A stretch of DNA of 64,000 nt, taken from positions 61,350-125,349 of the forward strand of contig JBHJOI010000032.1 of NCBI GenBank assembly GCA_050329935.1, in the 5' to 3' direction. The notes below the pieces were generated by a model, which did no database searches, was not told where the DNA came from, and saw only the letters and a list, made by a program, of their open reading frames with translations. The position numbers and the translations under genes are program-made. Every line of letters starts with the position of its first letter. Within the stretch, counting starts at the first letter, position 1. This document shows positions 44,335-53,300 of the stretch, piece by piece. The stretch is from Thiotrichales bacterium. Its GTDB lineage: Bacteria > Pseudomonadota > Gammaproteobacteria > UWMA-0217.

Positions 44335-47052
44335 ATGACTGAAGTCCCCCCACTGATTCTGGTCGACGGTTCGTCCTACCTATACCGTGCCTTTCATGCG
44401 TTGCCATCGCTAGCGACCGCCGACGGGCAGCCAACCGGTGCGGTGTACGGCGTGGTCAACATGGTGAAGAAGCTGATTCGCGAGTACCGGCCCACCCATA
44501 TGGCGGTGGTCTTCGATGCCAAGGGGAAGACTTTTCGCGATGCGATGTTTCCGCAGTACAAGGCAACCCGGCCGCCGATGCCCGATGAGCTCGTGTGCCA
44601 GGTCGAACCGCTGCATGAGCTGATCGCCGCGTTGGGTGTGCCTGTGCTGCTGGAGTCGGGCGTCGAGGCCGACGATGTCATCGCGACGCTGGCGTGCGAG
44701 GCCAGCGCGCAGGGCGTATCGGTACTGATTTCCACCGGCGACAAGGATCTCGCCCAGTTGGTCGATGGCAACGTGCGATTGATCAATACGATGACGGACG
44801 CGATGCTCGATCGCCAAGGCGTAATTGACAAGTTCGGGGTCGCGCCCGAGCAAATCGTCGACTATCTGGCGCTGATTGGCGACAAGGTCGACAACGTGCC
44901 TGGCGTGGATGGGGTGGGTCCCAAGACCGCGGCCAAGTGGCTGGAAACCTACGGTTCGCTGGATGCGATCGTGGCCCACGCGAGCGAATTCAAAGGCAAG
45001 ATCGGTGATAATCTCCGAGCGGCGCTTGCGCAACTGCCGTTGTCTCGCCAATTGGTGACTGTCGCGCTGGATCTCGAACTCGCACGGTCGCCGGCGGAGC
45101 TCGTGTTGCAACCGCCCGATGTCGGCCGCCTGCGTGCCTTATATCAACGGCTCGAGTTTCGAACCTGGCAGAAGGAGCTTGAAGCGGAGGTTGAGTCCGG
45201 CGATCCAGCTGATTCCGCGCTCCGACGCGGCGACGGTACCGATTATGGTCCCTATCCGACGATTCTCACCGCGGATGCGCTCGAAGACTGGATCGCACGC
45301 CTGGAGCAGGCGCAATTGTTCGCAATCGACACCGAAACCACGTCGCTGTCATACATCGACGCTCGTATCGTCGGGCTGTCGTTCGCGCTGGTTCCGGGCG
45401 ACGCGGCCTATCTGCCGTTGGCGCACGACTATCTCGGCGTGCCGGCGCAGCTCGACCGTGATGCAACCCTCGAGCGGCTGAGGCCACTGCTGGAGGATCC
45501 CGCACGCGGCAAGGTCGGGCACAACCTGAAATACGATCAGAGCGTATTGGCCAATCATGGCGTCGAGTTGGCGGGCATTCATCACGACACGATGCTCGAA
45601 TCCTACGTGTTGAATTCGACCGCGAGTCGGCACGATATGGACACGTTGAGTGAAAAGCACTTGCAACACACGACGATCCGGTTTGAGGACGTTGCGGGCA
45701 AAGGGAGTAAACAGAAGACCTTTAATCAAGTTCCGCTGGAAGCGGCGACGCCGTACGCCGCCGAGGACGCCGACGTCACGCTGCGTTTGCACCAGCATTT
45801 CTGGCCGCGATTGACCGAGGTAGATCGCCTGCGATCCTTGTATGAGCGAATAGAGATCCCCTTGATCGGTGTGCTATCGCGGATCGAGCGCAAAGGCGTG
45901 TGTGTCGACGCCGGTGCGTTGGCGCGGCAAAGCGTCGAACTGGCGCGCCGAATGGTCGAACTTGAGCGCGAGGCCTACAGTGAAGCCGGTGCCGAGTTCA
46001 ATCTTGGATCGCCGAAACAGCTCCAGGAAATCTTGTTCGAAAAATTACAGTTGCCGATCGTGAGCAAGACCCCAACCGGACAACCCTCGACGGCCGAAGA
46101 CGTGTTGCAGGAGCTGGCGGCGGACTATGCCCTCCCGCGCCTGGTGTTGGAACACCGTGGCTGCAGCAAACTCAAGTCGACCTATACCGATCGCTTGCCG
46201 CAACAGATCAACCCAAGCACCGGGCGGGTGCACACGTCCTACCATCAGGCCGTGGCATCGACCGGTAGGCTGTCGTCGTCCGATCCAAATCTACAGAACA
46301 TTCCGATTCGTACCGAGGAGGGGCGGCGAATCCGGCGAGCGTTTGTCGCGCCGGAGGGCTTTCGAATGATCGCGCTCGACTACTCGCAGATCGAGTTACG
46401 TATCATGGCCCATCTATCCGCCGACGAGGGACTGCTGCGCGCGTTTGCCGAGGGTCGCGACATCCATCGCGCGACAGCCGCGGAGGTTTTCGGAGTCGCC
46501 CCCGATGAGGTCGACGCGGAGCGTCGCCGTGCCGCCAAGGCGATCAACTTTGGTTTGATTTATGGCATGTCCGCGTTTGGCTTGGCGCGCCAGCTCGGGG
46601 TCGGGCGTAACGAGGCGCAGCAATACATCGATCTATACTTTTCGCGGTATCCGGGGGTGAAGCGATATATGGAGGACACGCGTACTCTCGCTCGAGAGCA
46701 AGGTTACGTGGAAACCCTGTTCGGACGCCGTTTGTTCGTGCCCGAGATCCGCTCGCGCAACAATCAGCGCCGCCAGTACGCCGAACGCACCGCGATCAAC
46801 GCACCGATGCAGGGAAGCGCCGCCGACATCATCAAGCGCGCGATGATCGAGACCGATGCCTGGCTGCAATCGTCCGCGGCGCCCGCGGCGATGATCATGC
46901 AGGTACATGACGAACTGGTGCTCGAGGCTGCGACCGATGCGGTGGAGCAAGTGACGCGCAAAGTCCGTGCCCTCATGCAGGACGTGGTCGAGTTACGCGT
47001 ACCGCTGGTGGTCGAGGCGGGAGTCGGTGCGAACTGGGACGAGGCGCATTAG
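44335..47052 (+). CDS. polA: DNA polymerase I
   Basis: 905 aa; 5'-3' exonuclease, 3'-5' exonuclease and polymerase domains (…RRAAKAINFGLIYG…). Confidence 0.97.
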   Translation: MTEVPPLILVDGSSYLYRAFHALPSLATADGQPTGAVYGVVNMVKKLIREYRPTHMAVVFDAKGKTFRDAMFPQYKATRPPMPDELVCQVEPLHELIAALGVPVLLESGVEADDVIATLACEASAQGVSVLISTGDKDLAQLVDGNVRLINTMTDAMLDRQGVIDKFGVAPEQIVDYLALIGDKVDNVPGVDGVGPKTAAKWLETYGSLDAIVAHASEFKGKIGDNLRAALAQLPLSRQLVTVALDLELARSPAELVLQPPDVGRLRALYQRLEFRTWQKELEAEVESGDPADSALRRGDGTDYGPYPTILTADALEDWIARLEQAQLFAIDTETTSLSYIDARIVGLSFALVPGDAAYLPLAHDYLGVPAQLDRDATLERLRPLLEDPARGKVGHNLKYDQSVLANHGVELAGIHHDTMLESYVLNSTASRHDMDTLSEKHLQHTTIRFEDVAGKGSKQKTFNQVPLEAATPYAAEDADVTLRLHQHFWPRLTEVDRLRSLYERIEIPLIGVLSRIERKGVCVDAGALARQSVELARRMVELEREAYSEAGAEFNLGSPKQLQEILFEKLQLPIVSKTPTGQPSTAEDVLQELAADYALPRLVLEHRGCSKLKSTYTDRLPQQINPSTGRVHTSYHQAVASTGRLSSSDPNLQNIPIRTEEGRRIRRAFVAPEGFRMIALDYSQIELRIMAHLSADEGLLRAFAEGRDIHRATAAEVFGVAPDEVDAERRRAAKAINFGLIYGMSAFGLARQLGVGRNEAQQYIDLYFSRYPGVKRYMEDTRTLAREQGYVETLFGRRLFVPEIRSRNNQRRQYAERTAINAPMQGSAADIIKRAMIETDAWLQSSAAPAAMIMQVHDELVLEAATDAVEQVTRKVRALMQDVVELRVPLVVEAGVGANWDEAH

Positions 47053-47379
47053 GGTAGGGCAGTCGCCAATCAAGTGACCGCGCGGACTACGCGCCATAAC
47101 GCGCAGCGCGGTGCTCCGGACGTCTGTCGGGCTACCCCCGTTTGATTATTGCTCCTTCGGGTTCATAGGCGGATGGTTAAGCAATCGTGCGGCGCGTGGA
47201 CCGCGGCCGTGTCGCGATTTCGAAAGAACAGGTCGCCGCGTTACTTGGGCACTCTCAAGCCGAGCCGCGAACATGTCCGTGGAACCACGACGCGAATTCG
47301 ATTCCGACAAACACATTGAATCTGGCGACCAACGGCAGCGAAAATTTTGTGAGCTGGTTCCTTGTGTTCAATTTTGAAC

Positions 47380-47408
47380 TTCAAATGGAACCAAAGTTGT
47401 GGTATTCT
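47380..47408 (+). promoter_or_regulatory. candidate sigma70 promoter (TTCAAA-17-TGgTATTCT, extended -10)
   Basis: Drives the structured RNA candidate; predicted TSS near 47415. Confidence 0.4.
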
Positions 47409-47414
47409 CTCTAA

Positions 47415-47531
47415 CGCAATAAGCGCTTAAGCCCAGCGCTTCCCGCTATCCTCCCTGAGCGGGATGGCCCGAATCCCCAAGTCGGGCCGCAAAATTACCC
47501 CGGCCGCCTTAGGCCGGGGACTTTTCTTCCG
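47415..47531 (+). ncRNA. candidate structured sRNA (about 117 nt) in the polA-engB gap (Spot42/ErsA syntenic position)
   Basis: Four consecutive hairpins: aagcgc/gcgctt (47421-47441), cccgct/agcggg (47442-47463), ggcccga/tcgggcc (47466-47488), and the terminator ccccggcc/ggccgggg plus T-tract (47498-47531). No convincing ORF. Confidence 0.45.
47498..47531 (+). terminator. rho-independent terminator (plus strand) overlapping the engB 3' end
   Basis: 8-bp GC stem, 6-nt loop, then ACTTTTCTTCC. The engB stop TAA lies in the loop, and the T-tract encodes the engB C-terminus EEKS on the opposite strand. Confidence 0.7.
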
Positions 47532-48126
47532 AATCCAGCCAGCCATTCAGTTTCGCGATCACCTCGTCCAGCCCGGCGCCATTGCTGGCGGAAAACACTT
47601 GCACAGTTGCGTTTAGTCTCATGTCCGCCAGCTTCCGCCGAACCTCGAGTAGTGTCGCCTGCTGTGCGCCGCGTCCCAGCTTGTCGGCTTTGTTCAGTAA
47701 GACATGCACGGGCAAGGCGCGCGCGTCGCACCAGGCGAGCATTTGCTGATCCAGCGCGGTGAGCGGGTGGCGCACGTCCATGATCAAAAGCAGGCCACGG
47801 AGTGATTCCCTGCGAGTGAGGTACTCTTCCATCAATCGTTCCCATTTCAGCCTGACTTCTTCTGGCACCTTGGCGAAGCCGTAGCCAGGCAGATCCACTA
47901 AGAACGCACCGGAGGGCAGCGAGAAATAATTGATTTGTTGCGTGCGGCCGGGCGTTTTGCTGACCCGTGCAAGTTGGCGCCGCTGGCAGAGGCGATTGAG
48001 GGTGCTCGATTTGCCGGAATTCGAGCGTCCGGCCACGGCGACCTCGGGTCCGGTGGCGGCGGGGAATTGGCGCGAATGCGCGCAACTCAAAACAAATGTG
48101 GCTGCGTTGTAGTTCTGCATGATCAA
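47509..48126 (-). CDS. engB: ribosome biogenesis GTP-binding protein EngB (YihA/YsxC)
   Basis: GRSNSGKSSTLN G1 motif; 205 aa; divergent from cytochrome c4 as in Pseudomonas. Confidence 0.9.
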   Translation of the reverse strand: MIMQNYNAATFVLSCAHSRQFPAATGPEVAVAGRSNSGKSSTLNRLCQRRQLARVSKTPGRTQQINYFSLPSGAFLVDLPGYGFAKVPEEVRLKWERLMEEYLTRRESLRGLLLIMDVRHPLTALDQQMLAWCDARALPVHVLLNKADKLGRGAQQATLLEVRRKLADMRLNATVQVFSASNGAGLDEVIAKLNGWLDSEEKSPA

Positions 48127-48243
48127 TTGTTACGGGTGATGGGTTCCGAGGCTTTTGCTGGTGAGAGGGGGTCTGTGATATAAACCCGCAGGTTTCGGCG
48201 CGGCGCGCGTGGTTTGGCAAGACCCTGAGGAGAGGTTGAATTT

Positions 48244-48852
48244 ATGTTAAGGCTGGTTTCGGTCTGCTTGGCGGTATTGGCACTTGCGGTGAGTGTGCCC
48301 GCGGTGGCTCAAGGTGACAAGGCGGCAGGAAAAGAGAAAGCGGCGGTTTGTGCCGGATGTCATGGGCTCGACGGTAATAGTGCCAATCCGGAGTGGCCTA
48401 AACTGGCGGGTCAGAGCGAAGCCTACATTGTCAAGCAGCTCCAGGATTTCAAGTCCAAGGCCCGAGACAACGCCGTTATGTATCCACAGGCTGCGGCACT
48501 ATCCGATCAGGACATGGCGGATCTCGGCGCTTTTTACGCGGCACAAGCCATTTCGGCTGGCGCGGCGGAGGAAGCGGTAATTGCGCTGGGTGAGTCCGTG
48601 TACCGAGGCGGCAATAGCGCGACCGGCATTCCGGCCTGCATCGGGTGTCATGCGCCGAACGGCGTCGGCAATCCTGCCGCGAAATTCCCGCGACTGTCTG
48701 GTCAGCATGCGACCTACACTGCCAGTCAGCTAAAGACGTTCCGCAGTGGCTTGCGCGCCAATGACGCCGGAAAAATGATGCGCATGGTTGCACAGCGGTT
48801 GACCGATGCCGAGGTCGACGCTGTTTCGCAATACGTAAGCGGCCTTAAGTAA
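48244..48852 (+). CDS. cytochrome c4 (dihaem)
   Basis: Signal peptide; two CxxCH motifs (CAGCHG, CIGCHA); 202 aa. Confidence 0.9.
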   Translation: MLRLVSVCLAVLALAVSVPAVAQGDKAAGKEKAAVCAGCHGLDGNSANPEWPKLAGQSEAYIVKQLQDFKSKARDNAVMYPQAAALSDQDMADLGAFYAAQAISAGAAEEAVIALGESVYRGGNSATGIPACIGCHAPNGVGNPAAKFPRLSGQHATYTASQLKTFRSGLRANDAGKMMRMVAQRLTDAEVDAVSQYVSGLK

Positions 48853-48943
48853 CAACGCCGCCGAATTGCTCGAATCAGTGCGGTTCGGGGGCCGAATGCG
48901 CCCGACACGCACAGCCTTGATCAACGATATCCTCACCGGATTC

Positions 48944-48965
48944 GGCGCCGCTTGAGCGCGGCGCC
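48944..48965 (+). terminator. possible terminator or GC hairpin after cytochrome c4 (no T-tract)
   Basis: ggcgccgc-ttgagc-gcggcgcc perfect 8-bp stem. Confidence 0.3.
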
Positions 48966-49075
48966 TCACTTCGATATAAACTCCGCTAGACTAAGCTCAC
49001 CCGAGGCGATGCCGCTAACACGTGGCGACGAGCGCCAATCGGTCCCTAACCGTATGAACGACGCGGAGATCCTGG

Positions 49076-49738
49076 TTGATGTTGATGAGTTGGACTAGAG
49101 CGACGTGGCTGACCTTCTTGATGTTTGTGCCACTATGGGCGGGGGCGGAGCTTCCGGCTAAAGCGCGCGCGTTTCAGGAGGGTTCGCATTTCGAAACGCT
49201 ACCCAATCCGGTTGCGTCTTCCGACGGTAAACTCGAGGTGATCGAGTTTTTCTGGTACGGGTGCCCCCACTGTTACCGCATCGAACCGTATGTCAAGCAA
49301 TGGCAGGCGTCGGTTGGGCCAGACGTGCGCGTCGTGCGCATGCCGGGGGTGCTAAACGCGAACTGGAGTCTCTTGGCGCGTGCCTATTACGCCGCCGAAT
49401 CGCTTGGCGTGCTCGACAAGGTGCACGAGCCCTTTTTCCAGGTCATTCACGATCAGGGGCGGCGGCTCGGGAGTGAGGATGCTGTGCTTCAGGTCGTGAA
49501 CGCGGTGGGTGTCGATGGCGTGGCGTTTCGCGAGGCAATGCGGTCGATGGGGGTCGAGTCCAAAGTGCGCCGATCGATTGAGCTGGGGAACGATTTGCAG
49601 CTTTCCGGCGTGCCCGCGCTGATCGTCGCAGGCAAATACCGCGTACTGAACGCCGGCGCCGCCAATTATCAGGAGATGTTTCAGATCGTCGACTATTTAT
49701 TGGAGCGGGAGCGCCAGGCGACTAAACCTGCCGGATGA
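49076..49738 (+). CDS. dsbA: thiol:disulfide interchange protein DsbA
   Basis: Signal peptide; CPHC active site (FFWYGCPHCY). Confidence 0.9.
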   Translation: MMLMSWTRATWLTFLMFVPLWAGAELPAKARAFQEGSHFETLPNPVASSDGKLEVIEFFWYGCPHCYRIEPYVKQWQASVGPDVRVVRMPGVLNANWSLLARAYYAAESLGVLDKVHEPFFQVIHDQGRRLGSEDAVLQVVNAVGVDGVAFREAMRSMGVESKVRRSIELGNDLQLSGVPALIVAGKYRVLNAGAANYQEMFQIVDYLLERERQATKPAG

Positions 49739-49857
49739 GTTTGGACCTCGCTTCAGCGCGAATTTTGTGAACGTGATAGCGACACGCAAGCGCGTTAGAA
49801 TGTAGCCTAGCGGCAAAGGAACGTCGGACTGCCTCCAACGAAAAGACCACGGCGACA

Positions 49858-50637
49858 ATGGATAATCTTTACCGGCAACGGCTCAAGCTCCTCAGTTACA
49901 ACATCCAGGTTGGCATACCCACAAATAAGTATCGTCACTATCTTACGCATAGCTGGAAACACGTTTTGCCGTTTCCGCAGCGCCAGTCGAACCTCGACCG
50001 GATCGCGGACTTCATCACCGATTTCGATATCGTGGGGCTGCAGGAACTTGATGCCGGCAGCATCCGCAGCGAATTCGTTCATCAGCCTGAGTATCTTGCG
50101 CTAAAGGCTGGATTTCCTTATTGCTACCACCGAGTCAATCGCGACCTCGGGCTCTTGGCGCAGCACAGTTTGGCCATCATGAGTCGGATTGAGCCGATCG
50201 CGGTCGCTGAACATCGGCTACCGAGCACTATCCCGGGACGCGGTGCGCTGGAGGTCCATTTCGGCGACCCGATGGATCCGCTGGTCGTCGTGCTGGCTCA
50301 TCTTTCGCTGTCCGCGCGCGCTAGACGGCGGCAGCTGCAATACATTGCTCAGGTCATAAAGGGGCGACGGCAGGTTGCTTTGATGGGTGATTTTAATGCC
50401 GAGATCAGTAACACGGAGATGGTTGAGCTGTTCGAGACAACGGACTTGATCAGGCCAACTCAAATGTCTCGCACCTATCCGAGTTGGCGGCCACGTCTGG
50501 GCTTCGATCACATCTTCGTGACGCCGGACATTCGCGTGGCAGAGTCTGAGGCCTACGGCGTGCGCCACTCCGATCACTTACCCGTCGGCATGGAAGTCGG
50601 CGTTCCACTGGCGACATGTCTCACGACCGCCGCCTGA
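49858..50637 (+). CDS. endonuclease/exonuclease/phosphatase (EEP) family protein
   Basis: ...IVGLQELD..., ...GDFN..., C-terminal SDHLPV; 259 aa. Confidence 0.75.
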   Translation: MDNLYRQRLKLLSYNIQVGIPTNKYRHYLTHSWKHVLPFPQRQSNLDRIADFITDFDIVGLQELDAGSIRSEFVHQPEYLALKAGFPYCYHRVNRDLGLLAQHSLAIMSRIEPIAVAEHRLPSTIPGRGALEVHFGDPMDPLVVVLAHLSLSARARRRQLQYIAQVIKGRRQVALMGDFNAEISNTEMVELFETTDLIRPTQMSRTYPSWRPRLGFDHIFVTPDIRVAESEAYGVRHSDHLPVGMEVGVPLATCLTTAA

Positions 50638-50674
50638 TCATTGAATACCTAACCAGACAAGGAGGTCCGTCCTT

Positions 50675-50956
50675 ATGAACGATACTCAAAAGCCGTCTCA
50701 ATGGAATGCCTACAAGCAACTCAAGGCTTGGGACAACGAGGTCGATGCGATCGACGAAGGGAAGGCTGAGCGCGACGAGATCGAAACGGAGTCGGTGGAT
50801 GTGGGCGTTGTCCGACGTAAAGTCGCGTTGGATCGATCCAGCCTGACGCAGGAACTCGGCATCGTCTCGGTCGACGAGCTGTTTGAGCCCACCGTTGAAA
50901 TCGCGGACTTTCGCGATGTGCTCGGTTCCAATTTGTTCGGAAACGACGATTGGTGA
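50675..50956 (+). CDS. hypothetical small acidic protein (93 aa)
   Basis: Excellent SD AAGGAGG 9 nt before the ATG; D/E-rich; no family recognised. Confidence 0.5.
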   Translation: MNDTQKPSQWNAYKQLKAWDNEVDAIDEGKAERDEIETESVDVGVVRRKVALDRSSLTQELGIVSVDELFEPTVEIADFRDVLGSNLFGNDDW

Positions 50957-51047
50957 TGCCGATTGTAATCTTTGGCTTGATCCGCATCGCGACCAGCGGC
51001 GGAGCGCATCGCACCCGCCGCATGAGGCGCAGCCGCGAAGTCTGCGA

Positions 51048-52898
51048 TCAGAATTGCAGCGACGCGCCGACGCTAAGCGTTCGCCCCGCATTGCGGTAAC
51101 CAAATATCGTCTGGTAATCCTCGTCTAATAGATTGCCGAGCTTGATATGAGCACTGAACCGCGGGCTGAACGCCTGGCGCAACTGTAGGTTCGCGAGCAC
51201 GAAGCTTGACAGTGTCACGGGGATTGCCGGGAACGAGCCATAGTCCTGGTCCTTGCTCGTGCTGGTGTAGGTCGCGTCAAGATCCAGCTGGAGCGTGTTC
51301 CAACTTCGGCTTAGATTAAGACCTAGCACGCTTTCGGGGCGGCGCGGCAAGCGCTCGCCAGTGGTGCCATCCGCGGGATGGGAGTAGGTATAACGCAGCC
51401 CGGTAATCCACGCGCCCCATAAGCGTTCGAGCCCAAGTTCGACGCCGTCGATCTCGGCTTCCCCTATGTTTTGAACGCGCTGGATCAGGTCAGTGACTCG
51501 CGTGCGGTAGGCCTGAAGCTCGATATTGCCCCATTGGGCTTGCTGCCTGAGGCCAAGTTCGAGCGTTCGCGATTGTTCGGATTTGAGGTCGGGATTGCCG
51601 AAGCCCGGATAGTACAGGTCCAGGAAAGTGGGCGCCTTGAACGCCTCCCCGACGCGAGCTAAAAGTAGCGTCGTCGAACTCAGGCGCCAACCCAGCTCGA
51701 GATTTCCGCTCGTATGACGACCATATGCCTCATTGTCATCAAAGCGCAGGCTGGCCTGAACCTGACCATCGCCCGCGAAGGGCGTGCCACCGGTAACAAA
51801 GATCCCGGTATTATCGCGCGATCGACGCGCGAAGGCGGTCGAGTCGCCACCAAATGCGTCGCGATACTCGACGCGGTCGTTGCGTAGGTCGGCGCCGGTC
51901 ACCAGCACCGAGCCCGTCCCGGTCGTGTACCGCGCTTGCAGTCCGAGTTCGCTGACCTGGCTGTGACTCCGATAGGTCGCGGTCCCGTTCGCCTCGGTGT
52001 CGAGCTCGTCGCGGCTGCGTCCAACGCGGGCTTGAACCGACCAGAGAGAGGTCAGGGTTTGGTCCCAGGTCACCTGAGCCGAGTGTTCGACAAACTGGGT
52101 CCTGGAATCGGCGTCGGCTCCGAAAGTGTCGTCGAATTCGGAGCGCCCCTCGGCATGGAGCAACGACACGTTCAGCCGACTATCAGGCGTGAGCGTGTAC
52201 TGAAATCCCGCATTCACGGCATCATTGCGATAGCCATCGCGATCGGGCTCCACTCCCTCGAACGCATCGATCCCGGCGCTACGTAGCGTCGCGGCGCGGA
52301 TTGAATATTGACCCTCGCGGTTGCCCATGCGGTCGGTGAGGCCCGCGCTGAGCTGAACGGTCCTATTGGAGCCTGCCTCGACATTGCCATCTGCCAGATC
52401 CTCCCTGCCATCACCGGCGCGAGTGAAGATTTGTATCACGCCGCCAATCGCCTCTGACCCGTATACGCTTGAGCGCGGACCGCGCACGATCTCGACGCGT
52501 TCAATCACTGCCAGCGGCAGGTGTTCCCAGGAAATCGTTCCGGCGGTCGATGAGCCGAAACGCATCCCATCGACGAGCACCAATACATGATTCGAGTTCG
52601 TGCCGCGCATGAAGACCGAGGTTTGCTTGCCAACGCCGCCCGTGGTTGCGACGTGCAACCCCGGCAGGCCACGCAACAGTCCTGGCACATCAAGTGCCGT
52701 CGAACGCTCGATATCGTCGCGCGTCAGAACCAGGGCGGGGGCCAGGAGTTCCTCGAGGGGTTGGGCGATTCGGTTCGCGGTGACCTGAACCCGTGGTAGT
52801 GGTGTGGCCGCCGCAGCGACCGAGGGTAGCGAAATGAGTAGTGTTGCCGTGCCAAGCACGGACATGATTCGGGCGGGGCCCGGTAAGCGAGCGGACAT
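51048..52898 (-). CDS. btuB: TonB-dependent vitamin B12 outer-membrane receptor BtuB
   Basis: TonB box region PRVQVTANR, ...VLVLVDGMRF...VEIVRGPRSSVYGSEAIGGVIQI... aligns to E. coli BtuB; C-terminal ...SLQF. Start at ATG 52898 with SD GGAG; the longer ORF reads through the riboswitch. Confidence 0.85.
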   Translation of the reverse strand: MSARLPGPARIMSVLGTATLLISLPSVAAAATPLPRVQVTANRIAQPLEELLAPALVLTRDDIERSTALDVPGLLRGLPGLHVATTGGVGKQTSVFMRGTNSNHVLVLVDGMRFGSSTAGTISWEHLPLAVIERVEIVRGPRSSVYGSEAIGGVIQIFTRAGDGREDLADGNVEAGSNRTVQLSAGLTDRMGNREGQYSIRAATLRSAGIDAFEGVEPDRDGYRNDAVNAGFQYTLTPDSRLNVSLLHAEGRSEFDDTFGADADSRTQFVEHSAQVTWDQTLTSLWSVQARVGRSRDELDTEANGTATYRSHSQVSELGLQARYTTGTGSVLVTGADLRNDRVEYRDAFGGDSTAFARRSRDNTGIFVTGGTPFAGDGQVQASLRFDDNEAYGRHTSGNLELGWRLSSTTLLLARVGEAFKAPTFLDLYYPGFGNPDLKSEQSRTLELGLRQQAQWGNIELQAYRTRVTDLIQRVQNIGEAEIDGVELGLERLWGAWITGLRYTYSHPADGTTGERLPRRPESVLGLNLSRSWNTLQLDLDATYTSTSKDQDYGSFPAIPVTLSSFVLANLQLRQAFSPRFSAHIKLGNLLDEDYQTIFGYRNAGRTLSVGASLQF

Positions 52899-53160
52899 AG
52901 GTGTGACTCCGGTGGGTTGTGCCCACCGCACAACCTGGATCGTACAACGCCATCGGTCGTGCCGACGGCGGCCTGCCACAGGCCGGTCTCCGGACTCGCG
53001 AGTGAGTCTAGACTCCACTTCGGCGCCTTCCCATGCCTTGGGGCACAGTGGCGTAAGGCCGAAGTCAAACTCGCTTACCGTTGCGGGGGCAGTGCCGGGA
53101 TTGCGTACGAACGCGCACCGGCTTCCCGTTTAACCATAAACCGGACAATCCGGTACGGCA
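52899..53160 (-). promoter_or_regulatory. cobalamin (B12) riboswitch plus expression platform in the btuB leader
   Basis: Minus sense: ...GGTTAAACGGGAAGCCGGTG...AATCCCGGCACTGCCCCCGCAACGGTAAG...CGCCACTGTGCC (B12 box)...TGGGAAGGCGCC... Then alternative hairpins ggttgtgc/gcacaacc versus ggtggg/cccacc next to the SD GGAG. Confidence 0.8.
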
Positions 53161-53300
53161 CCTGCTGGCGATGCGCAGAGTAGCGGGATCGATGATTGTT
53201 GGTCAATGTCGATCGTCAAGGGCCGTCGAGAATCGCTTTGATGGGCGCTGAGCCGTGTCACCTGCGTGTCGCGGCAACAGTCAGTCGACTGACGTTTCGA

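Noticed and set aside
47262-47280. tRNA T-loop-like motif (cgcgaaTTCGATTCCgac)
   Set aside because: The flanks cannot form a T-stem or acceptor stem. No D-arm or anticodon arm is present, so this is not a tRNA.
47111-47414. Overlapping 88-aa and 75-aa ORFs in the polA-engB spacer
   Set aside because: No SD, Arg-rich low-complexity translations, and the region is better explained by a terminator/UTR plus the structured sRNA candidate.
52899-53018. 40-codon N-terminal extension of the btuB ORF (MESRLTRESGDRPVAGRRRH...)
   Set aside because: The sequence is the cobalamin riboswitch aptamer and expression platform. The true start is the SD-preceded ATG at 52898, which is followed by a signal peptide.
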